64,000 nucleotides of DNA, taken from contig CM097885.1 of assembly GCA_044892525.1 (NCBI GenBank), positions 992,001 through 1,056,000 on the forward strand, written 5' to 3'. Below, piece after piece: positions 26,659 through 38,840 of the stretch. The translations under genes were made by a program, and so were the position numbers. Numbering within the stretch: the first letter of the stretch is position 1; every line of letters starts with the position of its first letter. The notes under the pieces were generated by a model. That model had not been told where the DNA came from, made no database searches, and saw only the letters and a program-made list of their open reading frames with translations. Source of the DNA: Schmidtea polychroa (taxonomy: Eukaryota).

Positions 26659-27069
26659 ATGACCAAGAAAATTTCAAGCACCGAAAAACCTAAAGAAATG
26701 GTACAACCAGTTCAAATGTTCCACAACTACAAAATGTATTTTTTGAAAGAAGAAATCAATATGAAATTGGTTGCACCAGTCAAGCTAATTCCGACTAAAT
26801 TCGAATTCTTATCCGGCACGCTTTCAATGATTGATGTCAAAACTATTGATGATGTTTTTAAACGGATAGATTCGAATCTATCGTGTAATCAACATGCATG
26901 GTTCAACAATAGATATGCAAGATTTTATGATGCTTTTGATGAAATCAGTTTCAAAGAAAATGAAAATTGGTATATAACAATAGCAATCCAGGGATATAAA
27001 GTTGATAATAATGATGTATATTCTCCTATTTGGAAAATTATGTCTGCTAGACTTTCACAAGTATTTTAA
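26659..27069 (+). CDS. Hypothetical 136 aa protein (possibly an OB-fold ssDNA-binding protein)
   Basis: Intact ORF with GATTGGTT (26591), TATAAAA (26618) and a TCATT initiator-like site upstream, and AATAAA downstream. The fold is a weak guess. Confidence 0.7.
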   Translation: MTKKISSTEKPKEMVQPVQMFHNYKMYFLKEEINMKLVAPVKLIPTKFEFLSGTLSMIDVKTIDDVFKRIDSNLSCNQHAWFNNRYARFYDAFDEISFKENENWYITIAIQGYKVDNNDVYSPIWKIMSARLSQVF

Positions 27070-27195
27070 TGTTATATTTAATAAATGTATTAGTCAGATT
27101 TGTTTTTCTCTTTATTAATTGCAACATAAATGCAAATGACATGGAAATTTAACAAAGAAAATCTATAAACAAAATTATAATATAGTTTTAAAGTG

Positions 27196-27593
27196 ATGAA
27201 AATGACTGCAGAAAAAGGTTAACATGATTAATTAATTACCGAATTATTTATTATTTAGAATTTTTAATCAACTTTTTGTTGGAAAAGTTAGCAGAAATAT
27301 CTGGTGTGAAAATTGAGGACATATTATCTATTACAAATGCCTTAAATATCGGCTGGTTAGTTGAGAGTCAAGATACAGGATTTGATGATGAGGAAGAAAC
27401 TCAAGAAACCGATACTCAAGAAATTGATGAGGAAATCTATGAACCTATAGATGAACCTATAGAGGAACCTATAGAGGAACCTATAGAGGAACCTAAAGAT
27501 GAATCTAAAGATAATATTACGAATGATTGTATTGATCATGTCGTTGAAAATATAATGAAATGTGGAGATGACGACTGCGAATGTGTTAATTAA
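27196..27593 (+). CDS. Small acidic hypothetical protein with EEPI repeats; exons 27196-27217 and 27259-27593
   Basis: A 41 nt phase-1 GT-AG intron supplies an ATG to the otherwise ATG-less 105 aa ORF. AATAAA immediately follows the stop. Confidence 0.6.
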
Positions 27594-27676
27594 TAAATCT
27601 TAGTTAATTAGTGTTTGTAAATTTATTTAAAATGTTATTTAAAAATTTATTTAAAAATCAAACAAAAATAACTATA

Positions 27677-28197
27677 TTAATTTTTATTTAAAAATCTGGT
27701 TAAAATATACAAAATAGCAACACCTGTTGCAAGTTTTACATAGTTTTTAAATTTTCTTTTCTGATCATCAATTTCCTTCGCATTTCTGGCGAGTTGATTG
27801 AGTAGTCCCCATCCGCCATTGGCTTCAATCCATGGTTGAAACTTTGACTTGATTATCTAGAAAATAAATATTAATAAAATATAAATTATAAAAGTATTAC
27901 TTCTTGAGACCACTGATAATAGTGCTCTGAGTCCCATAGACTTCTTTGGATTATTATTTTCATATAAGCGAACCCTATTAGTATTCGGGTCCACTTCATC
28001 TGATCGTCGCATAGACAGTTAAAAATTCTATTAAAATAGAATTTTTTGGTTTCGAGACAATCAGAATTGATCACATCTTCATAATCAATGTGATTACCTT
28101 CTATAATCTTTTCGGTCCGATCGACCAGGAAACAGAGGCTTTCCATAATATTCCTGTTGACGAGTTCTCTTAAAAGATTTTCCATAAATTGAGACAT
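27677..28197 (-). CDS. Bcl-2 family protein, 158 aa; exons 28197-27901 and 27856-27677
   Basis: Exon 1 has BH1-like FNRIFNCLCDDQMKWTRILIGFAYM. A 44 nt phase-0 GT-AG intron (27857-27900) leads to IIKSKFQPWIEANGGW (BH2) and the hydrophobic tail VKLATGVAILYILTRFLNKN*. Confidence 0.88.
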
Positions 28198-28302
28198 TTT
28201 TACAATAATTTAAAATATGATGTTTTATTTATACTAATACCGGATGATTTTGATTGGTTGATAAACTATAAATGTAAAAGAAAGGTTTTGATTTGATACA
28301 CC

Positions 28303-28800
28303 ATGAAAACTATATTCATATTGCTAATTATTATAACGAGTGTGTGCTCACACAATACAACAATAACAGTGGAGTCTTTTAATAAATCAATATGTGTTTG
28401 TCCGAATACAGCCAAGTTGATGGATATTTTATATATTCTGGACAAACCAAAATGGTCAAAGCATCCAGGAAAAAGAATATCTCAAAGATTGGAGAATTTA
28501 GAAAACAGTTATGAACTATCATTTGAATATATACAAAATATAAAATTTGAATTGATTGATCATATTAAGGTTTTCAATAACTCTATTGTTGAAAATAAAA
28601 TGAATATGAAAATAATTGATAAGAAGCATGATTATTTGTTAAAAAAGATTGAATTATTATTAAGAGAAATTCAAACAATCAAAGGATCAATAGAATCTCT
28701 GAAAATCAATTCTACGTTACCAATTTCAAACAATATTGCTGCGAATAGTACATCAATATTTAGTTTACCTTTGTTAATTTTACATTATTTTATTGTTTAA
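28303..28800 (+). CDS. Predicted secreted/surface coiled-coil glycoprotein with a GPI-signal-like C-terminus, 165 aa
   Basis: Signal-peptide-like MKTIFILLIIITSVCS, several N-x-S/T sequons, a heptad-rich middle and the hydrophobic end SIFSLPLLILHYFIV*. GATTGGTT (28252) and TATAAA (28267) lie upstream. Confidence 0.7.
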   Translation: MKTIFILLIIITSVCSHNTTITVESFNKSICVCPNTAKLMDILYILDKPKWSKHPGKRISQRLENLENSYELSFEYIQNIKFELIDHIKVFNNSIVENKMNMKIIDKKHDYLLKKIELLLREIQTIKGSIESLKINSTLPISNNIAANSTSIFSLPLLILHYFIV

Positions 28801-28920
28801 ATAAATGTATGTTTTGTTGATTTGTTGAGCGTGACCAGTACCCTTGTAAGCATTACCCATAGGGGGACAAAATATTTTGTCGGATAGACTAGGAGTATAT
28901 AGACTCGGAGTATATAGATT

Positions 28921-29040
<120 letters not shown>

Positions 29041-29194
29041 AATATATGGCTCATTCGAAAGGTCTTGGATTGAGCTTTAAAATGAGCTATCGATTATTAA
29101 TTTTCGTTGGCGAGAACTTTGAACAAATTAAAAATAAAATAATAATATTTTTAAAAATAATAATAAAAATAATAATATTTTTTAAAAATAATAA

Positions 29195-29745
29195 TATGAC
29201 CTTGGGAATGACCTTGAAAATTCTGATGAGTCATCGGATGAGTCATATGACCTTGAAAATTTTCAATGAGTCATAGTATGACTCACGTGACCTTGAAAAT
29301 GACCTTGGTGAGTCATAGGATGAGTCAGATGACCCTGTGAAAATTTTTTCAAGGGCATATGACTCATACTATGACTCATATGACCTTGAAAATGTCCTTG
29401 ATGAGACATAGGATGAGTCATGGCCTTCGTTTAAATGACCTTGAAAATTTTGATGAGTCATACTATGAGTCATATGACCTTGGGGAAAATTTCCATGGCC
29501 ACATGAGTCATAGTATGAGTCATATGACCTTGAAAGTGACCTTGATGAGTCATGGACTTTGTTTAAATGACCTTGAAAAATTTTTTGACCTTGATGCTTT
29601 ATATTATGAGTCATACGACCTTGAAAATGACCTTGATGAGTCATAGGATGAGTCATGGTCTTTGTTTAAATGGCCTTGAGAAATTTGATGAGTCATACTA
29701 TGAGTCATGGTCTTTGTTTCAATGACCTTGATGAGTCATATGTCT
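29195..29745. promoter_or_regulatory. Subterminal array of ~20 TGA(G/C)TCA (AP-1 consensus) and over a dozen TGACCTTG (NR5A/ERR-type) motifs
   Basis: The motifs are seen directly. A regulatory role is inferred. Confidence 0.6.
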
Positions 29746-29790
29746 TTGTTTTACTTTTAGACTTAGCATATTTTTGAAAAATATGACGAC

Positions 29791-29832
29791 CGGGGGGGGG
29801 GTACTGTGCTAGCGGTGCCCAATCCATCTACT
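29791..29832 (-). mobile_element. Putative Polinton-type terminus (5'-AGTAGATGGATTGGGCACCGCT on the minus strand)
   Basis: It begins AGTAG, resembles AGTAGGTGGTTAGGAGCCCGCT at 3683, and marks an abrupt junction to unrelated sequence. Confidence 0.5.
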
Positions 29833-30006
29833 ATAATAATAATAATATATCAACCAAATACTATACAACACATAAAAGATTAACTAAACACATAAAAATA
29901 ACTAGACACATAACAAAACATATAAACATTAACTAGACACATAAAAAACATAAAAATTTACCAAACAAATAACAAATGTATGTATATAAACTTTTATTTA
30001 ATAAAA

Positions 30007-33000
30007 TTAGTCCTCATCAGACAAAATAACGTCATCGATATCGATATCATCTTCTCCAAAATCTTCTCCAACATCTTCAATAAGTTCTTCCTCATCTTCT
30101 CCAACATTTTCACCAAATTCATCTCCAACAATTTCTCCAACATTTTCTCCAACAATTTCTCCAACATTTTCTCCAATATTTAATTCACTTAATCTTACAT
30201 GCCCATTTTTTCAGCAGCTTCAGGGAAATCATCCAACTTCTCATTTAGCTCAGAATAAATTACAAAATCAACTTCAAGAGTGTATCCATAAGACAAAGAA
30301 TCAAGATTTAAATTCCTACTTTCATCCATTATTAAATCAAATCCATCAAGAACCCAACTAAATTCACCACAAGGTAATGATTGACTTAAAGCCCAACCAT
30401 AAAGATTATTAATATCTATATAAAGTAACTCGGTGTTCTCATCGGTTTTTACGTAATGCTAATTCACAAAAGTAATACCGCCTCTTATTCCACCCTCATA
30501 AAAGCTAAACATTTCGTTTTCAGTTATGAGCTCAATTGGTTCATTTAAAGACATTAATGCCGAAGACCAAGACATACCTGGAATTCCGAAATAATTCAAT
30601 GGTTCCAATCTATTGTGAGCAATAGATTTCAACCGAAACTGATGAAAGAAATCAGCCAAAAGAAAACAATCAAGTTTTAAGTAGATCATCATATAATCTA
30701 ATAAAATTAGGCAATTAGTTTCTACCCAAATCTCCTGAGCTTTTTCATACTAAAGCTCAGTAACACCCTCCCAGATTGGTGGTAATTCATAAGTAGTTTG
30801 GAGAATATCTAAAGATGTAGCGAAATTATAAGGGAAGATTCCTTTTTCAGAAACTATAGTGCCAGAAAAAACAGAATTAGTAAAAGGCAAAGAATTCAAA
30901 GTTTTGACTGCTTTAGCTAAAGAATCATTAACAAATTGATAAGAATCAATGAATTGATAAGAATCAATTCTTTTGCCTAAATGCGCAATCAAAGAAATAA
31001 ATTTTTCAGTCGTTATTGGGATGCAACCTAAAGTCCAATTTTTAAATTTATTTAATCCGTATTTAAGTATATGATGCATATCGTATCCCTTCAAGTTGTG
31101 AAATACGATAGGCAAAATTTTATTTATTTTCTTATTTTTGTTACATGTGCTACAAGCTGCACCCAAATATTTCCCCGTAAAATGATCGTGATCTCTAACA
31201 GGATCAACGATAGATTTCATACAAAGATAACAAACAGATGCACTAACAAATTGACGTTGTTCAATTTTCGTTAATTTAATCATAGGTTTCCTACCCATTT
31301 TATAATAAAAAGGAAGAACCTTATTTAATGCTATATCCTCTATAGCACTTAAAAAACTCTCGACGCAATCTAAACCTATGAACTGTTGATAAGATTTAGA
31401 TACGTCAAAGTTATTTACAAGTAAAAGACCAGCAGATATTGGCATGTGTCGTTGGAAATGAACATTATCAGAAGGTAAAATAGCCTCAAAATCGGCATAA
31501 ACTACAAAAGGAGGAGTTACTGTTTTCGACCAGTCAGTAAACTGCAATAATTTATTTTGAGGGAAAGTGTAAAGAGTTGTTCCTAATTGATTACGTTTAC
31601 ATAATATTTCATGTTTTTCCAGTGCGTGTTTATACCTAAACCCATTCAAACACCGATGGCACCATAATGAACGTATGCGTGTAGGACAACTAGTGTTGAT
31701 ACCACAATTCAGTAACCTATTTAAATTACTTATAGCAACGTAAGGGAAATTGTTTCCTTTATTTAAAAGTAGTAAATTAATTACAGTTCCATTTAAAACT
31801 TTGGAACGATGTATAATATCTAAATGTGGATGTTTTAATACATAATTATCAATTAATTGTTTGCTATTATCATATGAAAAAACATTAATTATTAAACCCG
31901 AATTTTTAGATTCAAATTTCCTAATGTCTTTTAATTTCATAGGTAATTCTAACGGGTCGTATACTAAGTCAGATAAATTATAACTCGATGTCCTATCTCT
32001 AGCATAACTACTAACTTCATCATATTTTAAAACAGCTAAAATGCTATATAAAAAACATGAATCATCAGTGTTTTTTATATTAATTAAACAATATTTATTT
32101 TTTAGATAAGTAGGTGTTTCAATGAAACTCCTACCACTTAATCTACTTAACCTACTTATTTTTGTTATGGTGAAATGTATTTCAGTAATATTTTTTATAT
32201 TCCAACTGCTTCCTAACTCAGTAATATTAGTAATTTTCTCATTTAATTCTTTAAGGCCTTCATCAAAAAATGATGCAGTTAAAGGCTTTGCCAAATTTGA
32301 GATATTATTAACCTTTATTTCCCCGTCTTTTTCAAATTCGATTGTTATTCCGAATTGAATTTTGACGGAGCCTTATTCGTTAATAATATCTCGTAATTTT
32401 ATTATTAGTTGTTCAGGAAATATTACTTCTTTTATATTTAAGTTGCTGTATTTAAGCTTAATATTTGATGGGTACCTCTTAAATCTCTTTTACTGTCGGT
32501 ACATTTCCACCTATTTGTATTATATTTAATCCATCCCAAGAATCAAAGGAAGTGAATAATCCATCATTGGATTCAACAACCAATCCGACCTGGGATTCAA
32601 CAAAAGGCAATCTGACCTGGGATTCAACAAAAGACAATCCGTCCTGGGATTCAACAACCAATCCATCATTGGATTCAACAAAAGACAATCCGACCTGGAA
32701 TTCAACAAAAGACAATCCAGCCTGGGATTCAACCTCTTATCCGACCTGGGATTCAAAAGAAGAAGTATCTAATTTAATTTTTTTATTTGTATTATTTTTT
32801 TCTATAGTTGAGGGTCTTTTAACAACACTATCTTTTTTAAAATTAAACCTATCTTAATGATTTTTATGTTTATTATAAAAAACGCTATATGTTACAGGGT
32901 CACTAGTCTTACATACGAGACATATAAAATAAGTTTTATTATAATATTTTTTCGTGTAATAATTCTCCGTTATAGAATGGCAATTATTATCATGTTCTTT

Positions 33001-33029
33001 CGATGAACAATAATTTGGATAAAGTATAC
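30007..33029 (-). pseudogene. Lineage-B pPolB pseudogene (stops, frameshifts, large deletion of the polymerase C-half)
   Basis: The 514 aa ORF has YADFE, VRDHDHFTGKYLGAAC, VFHNLKGYD and KGIFPY, followed by LLADFF, GIRGG and YIDINNLYG. It then jumps from PEAAEK directly to the acidic tail. Confidence 0.93.
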
Positions 33030-33044
33030 CTATAAAATAAAAAT

Positions 33045-34255
33045 TTAAATAACGTCATCGATATCGATATCATATTCTCCAAAATCTTCTCCAACATCTT
33101 CAATAAATTCTTCCTTATCTTCTCCAACATTTTCATCAAATTCATCTCCAACAATTTCTCCAACATTTTCTCCAACAATTTCTCCAACATTTTCTCCAAT
33201 ATTTAATTCACTTAATCTTACATGCCTATATGCAAGACTAGTATTTTTCCCCACCCAAACCCTTTTGTCATCTTTGTTAGTTAGTGCTATTTTATTATTT
33301 TTAATTGTAAAAATTTGATGATTTTTGTTTGTTAATTTTGTTTGAGGAATCGAAAAAATTTGATTAGTTTTATAACAATCCAGGTATGACTGATGTTTTA
33401 TGTCACTACCTTTCAATGTTACACCTTTAGCCTTTTTTGTTTCCTCATCACCCAACAAGCTATAACACTTGGGTCTAAGAAAAACCCATTCCTTATATTT
33501 AAGACCTTTATTCTCGTCTTTGAACTTTCCAATGACAGAATCAAGGTTCTTACTATATAAGGAATGACAACTATTGTAATTGGAAGTATGTAATAAATTA
33601 TTTCGAATCATTGCAGGTAAAAGAACCTCAAGTTTACAGTTAATGACTTCGAGGAAAAAAGAGTCTGTATCACCTGTAACGATATTAAATTTATTAACAA
33701 ATTGATAAGAATCAATGAATCTTAAGCTTATTTTGTCTAAATGCGCAATCAAAGAAATAAATTTTTCAGTCGTGATTGGGATGCAACCTAAAGTCCAATT
33801 TTTAAATTTGTTTAAACCATATTTAAGAATATGGTGCATATCGTATCTCTTCAAGTTGTGAAATACGATAGGCAAAATTTTATTTATTTTCCTATTTATG
33901 TTGCATGTGCTACAAGCTGCACCCAAGTATTTCCCAGTAAAATGATTGTGATCTCTAACAGGATCGACGATACATTTCAAACAAAGGTAACAAACAGATG
34001 CACTATAGCACTTAAAAAACTCTCGACGCAATCTAAACCTATGAACTGTTGATAAGATTTAGATCCATCAAAGTTATTTACAAGTAAACGACCAGAAGAT
34101 ATTGGCATGTGTCGTTTGAAATGAACATTATCGGAAGGTAAAATAGCCTCAAAATCGGCATCAGCTACAAAAGGAGGAGTTACTGTTTTCGACCAGTCAG
34201 TAAACTGTAATAATTTATTTTGAGGGAAGGTGTAAAGAATTGTTCCTAACTGATT
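33045..34255 (-). pseudogene. Internally deleted lineage-B pPolB copy
   Basis: The 328 aa ORF fuses FIDSYQFVNK directly to NIVTGDTDS; GKFKDE, LRPKCYS and KAKGV follow. Confidence 0.92.
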
Positions 34256-34800
34256 TTTTATGTGTTTAGTTAATGTTTATATGTTTTGTTATGTGTCTAG
34301 TTATTTTTATGTGTTTAGTTAATTTTTATGTGTTGTATAGTATTTGGTTGAAATAATAATATTATTATTAATCTATAAAAAAAAATTTCATTCAAAAAAT
34401 TTACTTAAAAAATTAATCCACTAAAATTTTCGTTGAAAATTATCTTAAAAAATTTTTATTAAAGATTTTCATTAAAAAATTTCAATTCTTAATTACTGAC
34501 TATTATTCCAACTTTTTTTTAATAAATTTAAAAATCTTACTTTAATTTACTTATTACTTTAATTAAAAAATTTGAAACTTAATTTACTTATTTCAGCCCA
34601 TTGATTACCAAATATATCTATTAATTTACTTTAATTCAAAAATCTTAGCCCATTATTTACTATATTTCAATTTTTAGACCCTTAATTTACTGTAATTCAA
34701 TTTTTGAACCATCATTTACTTTAATTTTAAATTTAAGAACCATAATTTACTTTAGTTTAAAAATTTGAACCTTAATTAACTAATAAAAGTTAAATTATCA
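34256..34800. repeat. Diverged copy of the pPolB-B 3' flank and AT-rich TIR-like subrepeats
   Basis: Similar to 62995-63660 and 3340-3630. Confidence 0.65.
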
Positions 34801-36379
34801 TTTTCAATTAATATTTTACAAACATAAAATTACAATATTTGAAATTCTAAATATCTCTATTAACATGTTTGCAATTAATTTTAAAAATACAAAAATTTTA
34901 CAAAATTTTCAAATTGAATATTAAAATATTTTTTTAATTTGCATTTGATAATGTTTATTCTTAATAAGATTTTCCCATGAGAAAATTCATATTTGTTTAA
35001 ATGCAAAACTTTAAATTTAATTCTATAAAAAAAAATTATTTTTCAAGACGTCTAAAAGCTCTAGGACAAGAAGAAAATACAGTTTAGAAAGGTAGTGAGT
35101 GAATTTCCTAATGAATTACAGAAGGGTATAGGACAAAGTTCCAGTTCTCTATTCTCAATTTATCATCAATCAGCAGCAACATTGACAAAGTTTTTCTTAA
35201 ACAAGCTGCAAATTTATATATAAAATTACATAAAAATTGTTGATAAATTGTTAAAGTTTTAATAATATATTTCGAATAATAAAAATTTCCCTTGATAAAA
35301 TTCTGAATATGAAATAAATATTAAAAATTATATTAAAATTTAAAACTGTAAAAATTTTAAATTTTATTTATAAATTTCATTTCTAAATTGTTTTATTAAT
35401 CAATTTATTAGAAAATAATCTTAATGAAGCATTTTAAGTATTATTTTAGTTTTAACTAATTTTTCTAAATTTTATTTAAATTTATTTTTGTAGTCGTTTA
35501 TGATATGGAGGCCTTTAAGCAGTTAGTCTTAGTTAACGTAGCTCTCTTTGCTGGAAATAATACAAATTACCTTTTACCTTGACTGCATTGATGGAGGTGC
35601 TACTCGTCATGAACCTACCTCATGCAGTTATCAATTTGTATGCCGAATGTACTTTACCGTCGAACTTCCTGTGGCTTCGTCATAATCATTCTTATTGGTC
35701 TAACAATGTACCGCACTACGTCGATCCCTCTTATAAGGTTTCTGAATTTCAACATTTTGCTCTTATCATAGCCCATTTTTGACTACTTTGGTGACAACAT
35801 CAGAGTGCCTTCTTTTATTTTTTACCTTTTTAGGATCTGACCTTCACAGTGGATACATAAAGATTTTCAGCAAAAGCCTCAGCGATATGTAATTTCATTT
35901 ATTTCCATTTTCAGCGTAGATTAGACTAGTAATGTCATGTAATTCTGAACACTTCTCATGCTTTCTTTCTTTATTTTCAATTTCTAGTTTAATATTTACA
36001 TCCATCATTTTTATTTTTATTTTTATTTTTATTCTGATATTGCATTTATTATTTCTATGTAGATAGTTTAATACCTAAATCGGTATTCCTTACTAAATCG
36101 AAAGGTTTAAGCGGTCCTTATACATGCATCCTACTGATCCCAGTTGGTGTATAAAATAAACTGCATTGATGAAGGTTCGAACCGTCATCGTTTTCTCTCT
36201 TGCAGTCAGTCATTTGTGTTGACCTTTTCTTTGTCTTTTTTGCCAGATCCTCTATCTCAGTGGTAGATAGGCCAATAATCCTTAGTATTGTGTATATTTA
36301 TCCCAATACCCTAAGGTACCTATTACAAGGACATGTAACGTGTGTGGTCGTTTATGGAGGTGTCCGATTTCCACTTGTT

Positions 36380-37290
36380 GTTCCACCGATTGTTCCACTT
36401 TACCAACTGTGCTTTAACAGCTTCGTACTCAGCCAGTGAGCTTATCCTTTCATCCCTGCACTCTTCAATTCGTCAATTCGCCTATCACGCTTCGCAAGTA
36501 GAACTTCTGCTACTTGTTTGAATCCTTTCTGTGCATTCGGACCCCAACGGCAACTACTTACTCTTGCCGCTAGTATCTTTTTAAGTGTCCTAGTTAATAC
36601 TGAGCACGCTCTTCCTCTATTTTTGAAGGCTTTCTTAAATCGGCATCCAAGCTAGTTCGCTGGTCATGTTTTCGGTTATTGGGAGTCATTTCCTAATATT
36701 TTTGATTTCAAGCTTTGGCTGGGTGCTTTGTTTTGCCTGTGTTTTAATAGAATGGGAATAGGTACCTTTTCTCGGAGAGATGCTTTTTCAGGAATGGTGA
36801 TGTTGAAGTGATGGACTCCTTCTCCTGGTAGTATTCCTCACTATATCTGCGTATGTTTTTGATGTAGGTTCTTTTGCATTCATTTTGTTTTCGTCTAAGT
36901 ACCTAATGATATAGATAAATATTGGAACTGGGGCATAATTTATTCATAATCCGAAGGCTTCAATGGTTATACGTCAGCTGCCTCCTGGCTTCTCTGATAA
37001 AATTCTCTTTTTCTCCTTGGAATTGCCGCCCATTTCTGCGCAGTGCTAGGAATCTTATATTGGAGTGATTCTCCGAAGCACTGGTAAACGGCGGGAGTTA
37101 TAATGTAACGATTGTTTTTGGAATCTTGCATGTAATACTTTTACGGAAAAGAGGTGCTAGGAAGTGATTCTCCTAAGCGCTGGGAAACGGCGGGAGTAAT
37201 CTGGTAATAATTTGAGTTTCTGAATAACATTAAAGAAATATTTTCACGGTAAAAAAGGGGACCTCCACCCGGCATTGGATCATCCTCCTG
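36380..37290 (-). pseudogene. Highly degraded mosaic of R2-type RT fragments and Ulp1-element fragments
   Basis: 36436-36510 resembles 44405-44475; 36520-36604 resembles 45390-45472; 37268-37305 resembles 45808-45845. Confidence 0.6.
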
Positions 37291-37703
37291 CAGCAGAATT
37301 ATCTTTTTCATTTTCCTTAACTTTTAATTTTTCTATTTCTTTAACCTTTTTATAGAAAACTTTATTATCCTTTTCTATATTTGAAAATTTTACATTATTA
37401 AAAGCGAAAATATCATTAATACCGCAATTTTGATTATTAATTACCGTTATTTTAGCTTTCGGATAATTTTGAAATAATAAATATGGCATTTTCATGCTTT
37501 TCCTTGTCATCGGGCGAGATTTTTTTCCAATCGGCCAGTGTGATTCCATCAAGTCCTGGAGCAGTGTTTTGGAGTTGTGAGAAGATTTATTATTTAGGAT
37601 CTTCGTTATCTCCTCTTTAGGTTTTGTTTTATATTTGGATCTTTTAATACAAAGCAGTTCATTTTAAGTCCAGGTTTTTTTATGGACAATGTCTGCTGGT
37701 TTT

Positions 37704-38840
37704 TTAATTTTCTTTTTTTTCCATTTCATTAAGGGCTGTTTCACGGTCCATATTGTCGTTATTTAAATTAGTTATTAAACCTTTAATAAGTGGGAGGTAT
37801 TTTTTAATATTATCGTCAGGTATTTTGTAGGTAAAATAGTTTTCCTCAACAGTTCTGATATTTTTTTGCATAATAGTAATTTTAGGAATGGTTAGTTTAG
37901 TATTCTTTATCAGGCATTGGATGAGGTGGCACACAAAAAAGGCAACTGGGATATTCATATTTTGAGAGTGTAATTGCGAGTGGTGAAACGATTTTTTGCA
38001 GATCAAGAATGGTATTCAGTATGCTATTAGCGAGAGATAAGTGTATGGAGTGGCTATCGTCAAGTAAAGAATCTATTATAACAGCTAATTGTCTCCGCTT
38101 ATCAAGATAAAAGAAAAACCAGTTGTCTTTGCCATTTGACATTGGCATAATAATTTCGTTCCACTCTGCGAAGTCTTTGAAGGGGAAGGAGGAGAAGAAG
38201 GTTTTGTAATTATGCTGGATTAGAAAGTTATCAACATAAGGGTCAACAAACATGGTAGATTTTTTCATGGCGAAAGAGTAAACGAAGCTGATTCCTTATC
38301 CACGTTATTATAAGCAATCATTTGGTATTTCTCTACTATAGTTAAAATCAAAACCATTTAGACATTCTTCATCTGATGAAGTTTGTTTCCCTTACTTTGT
38401 GTTTCAAGGTTATCTGCAATCACGTCCTGGGTGTTTAATACATTATTCATAATATTATAGTCATAATACTATTGTTAGTATTTGGTGGTATTGGGTGGCG
38501 TTGAGCTATATGATTGATAATGCCATCTACTGGGACCCAGCTCCTACATGCACAGTATATATCGGCATTTTTAACAATAATTCCATTTCTATGTTTTTTT
38601 GACATGTGCTCCTATACATATGCCAATGGAGTGTCCCAATTCCACGTCGTAAAGCATTTTTTGTAGTTCTTATTGTGGCTATTACATGTGAGGTGATTAT
38701 TTTTGTCGATTTTAATAAATATCATTTTGAGGGTATCTTTATCATTTTGTATTTCATGCACATATTGTTCGACATATGCATTGACAATACAGATAATGTA
38801 AATACAAATAATGTATATAGTAATAATATTTATCAATTAA
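37704..38840 (-). pseudogene. Degenerate Zn-finger plus Ulp1/SENP (C48)-like protease region, probably from a NeSL-clade non-LTR retrotransposon
   Basis: IIMPMSNGKDNWFFFYLDKRRQLAVIIDSL matches the Ulp1 P...HW...D...DSL pattern with His replaced by Asn; a frameshifted ..FFVC segment follows. 38580-38836 and 38140-38268 are homologous to parts of 41197-41800. Confidence 0.65.

Noticed and set aside
29359..29656. ORFs on both strands of the AP-1/NR array
   Set aside because: They are by-products of the repeated DNA motifs, with no protein-like features.
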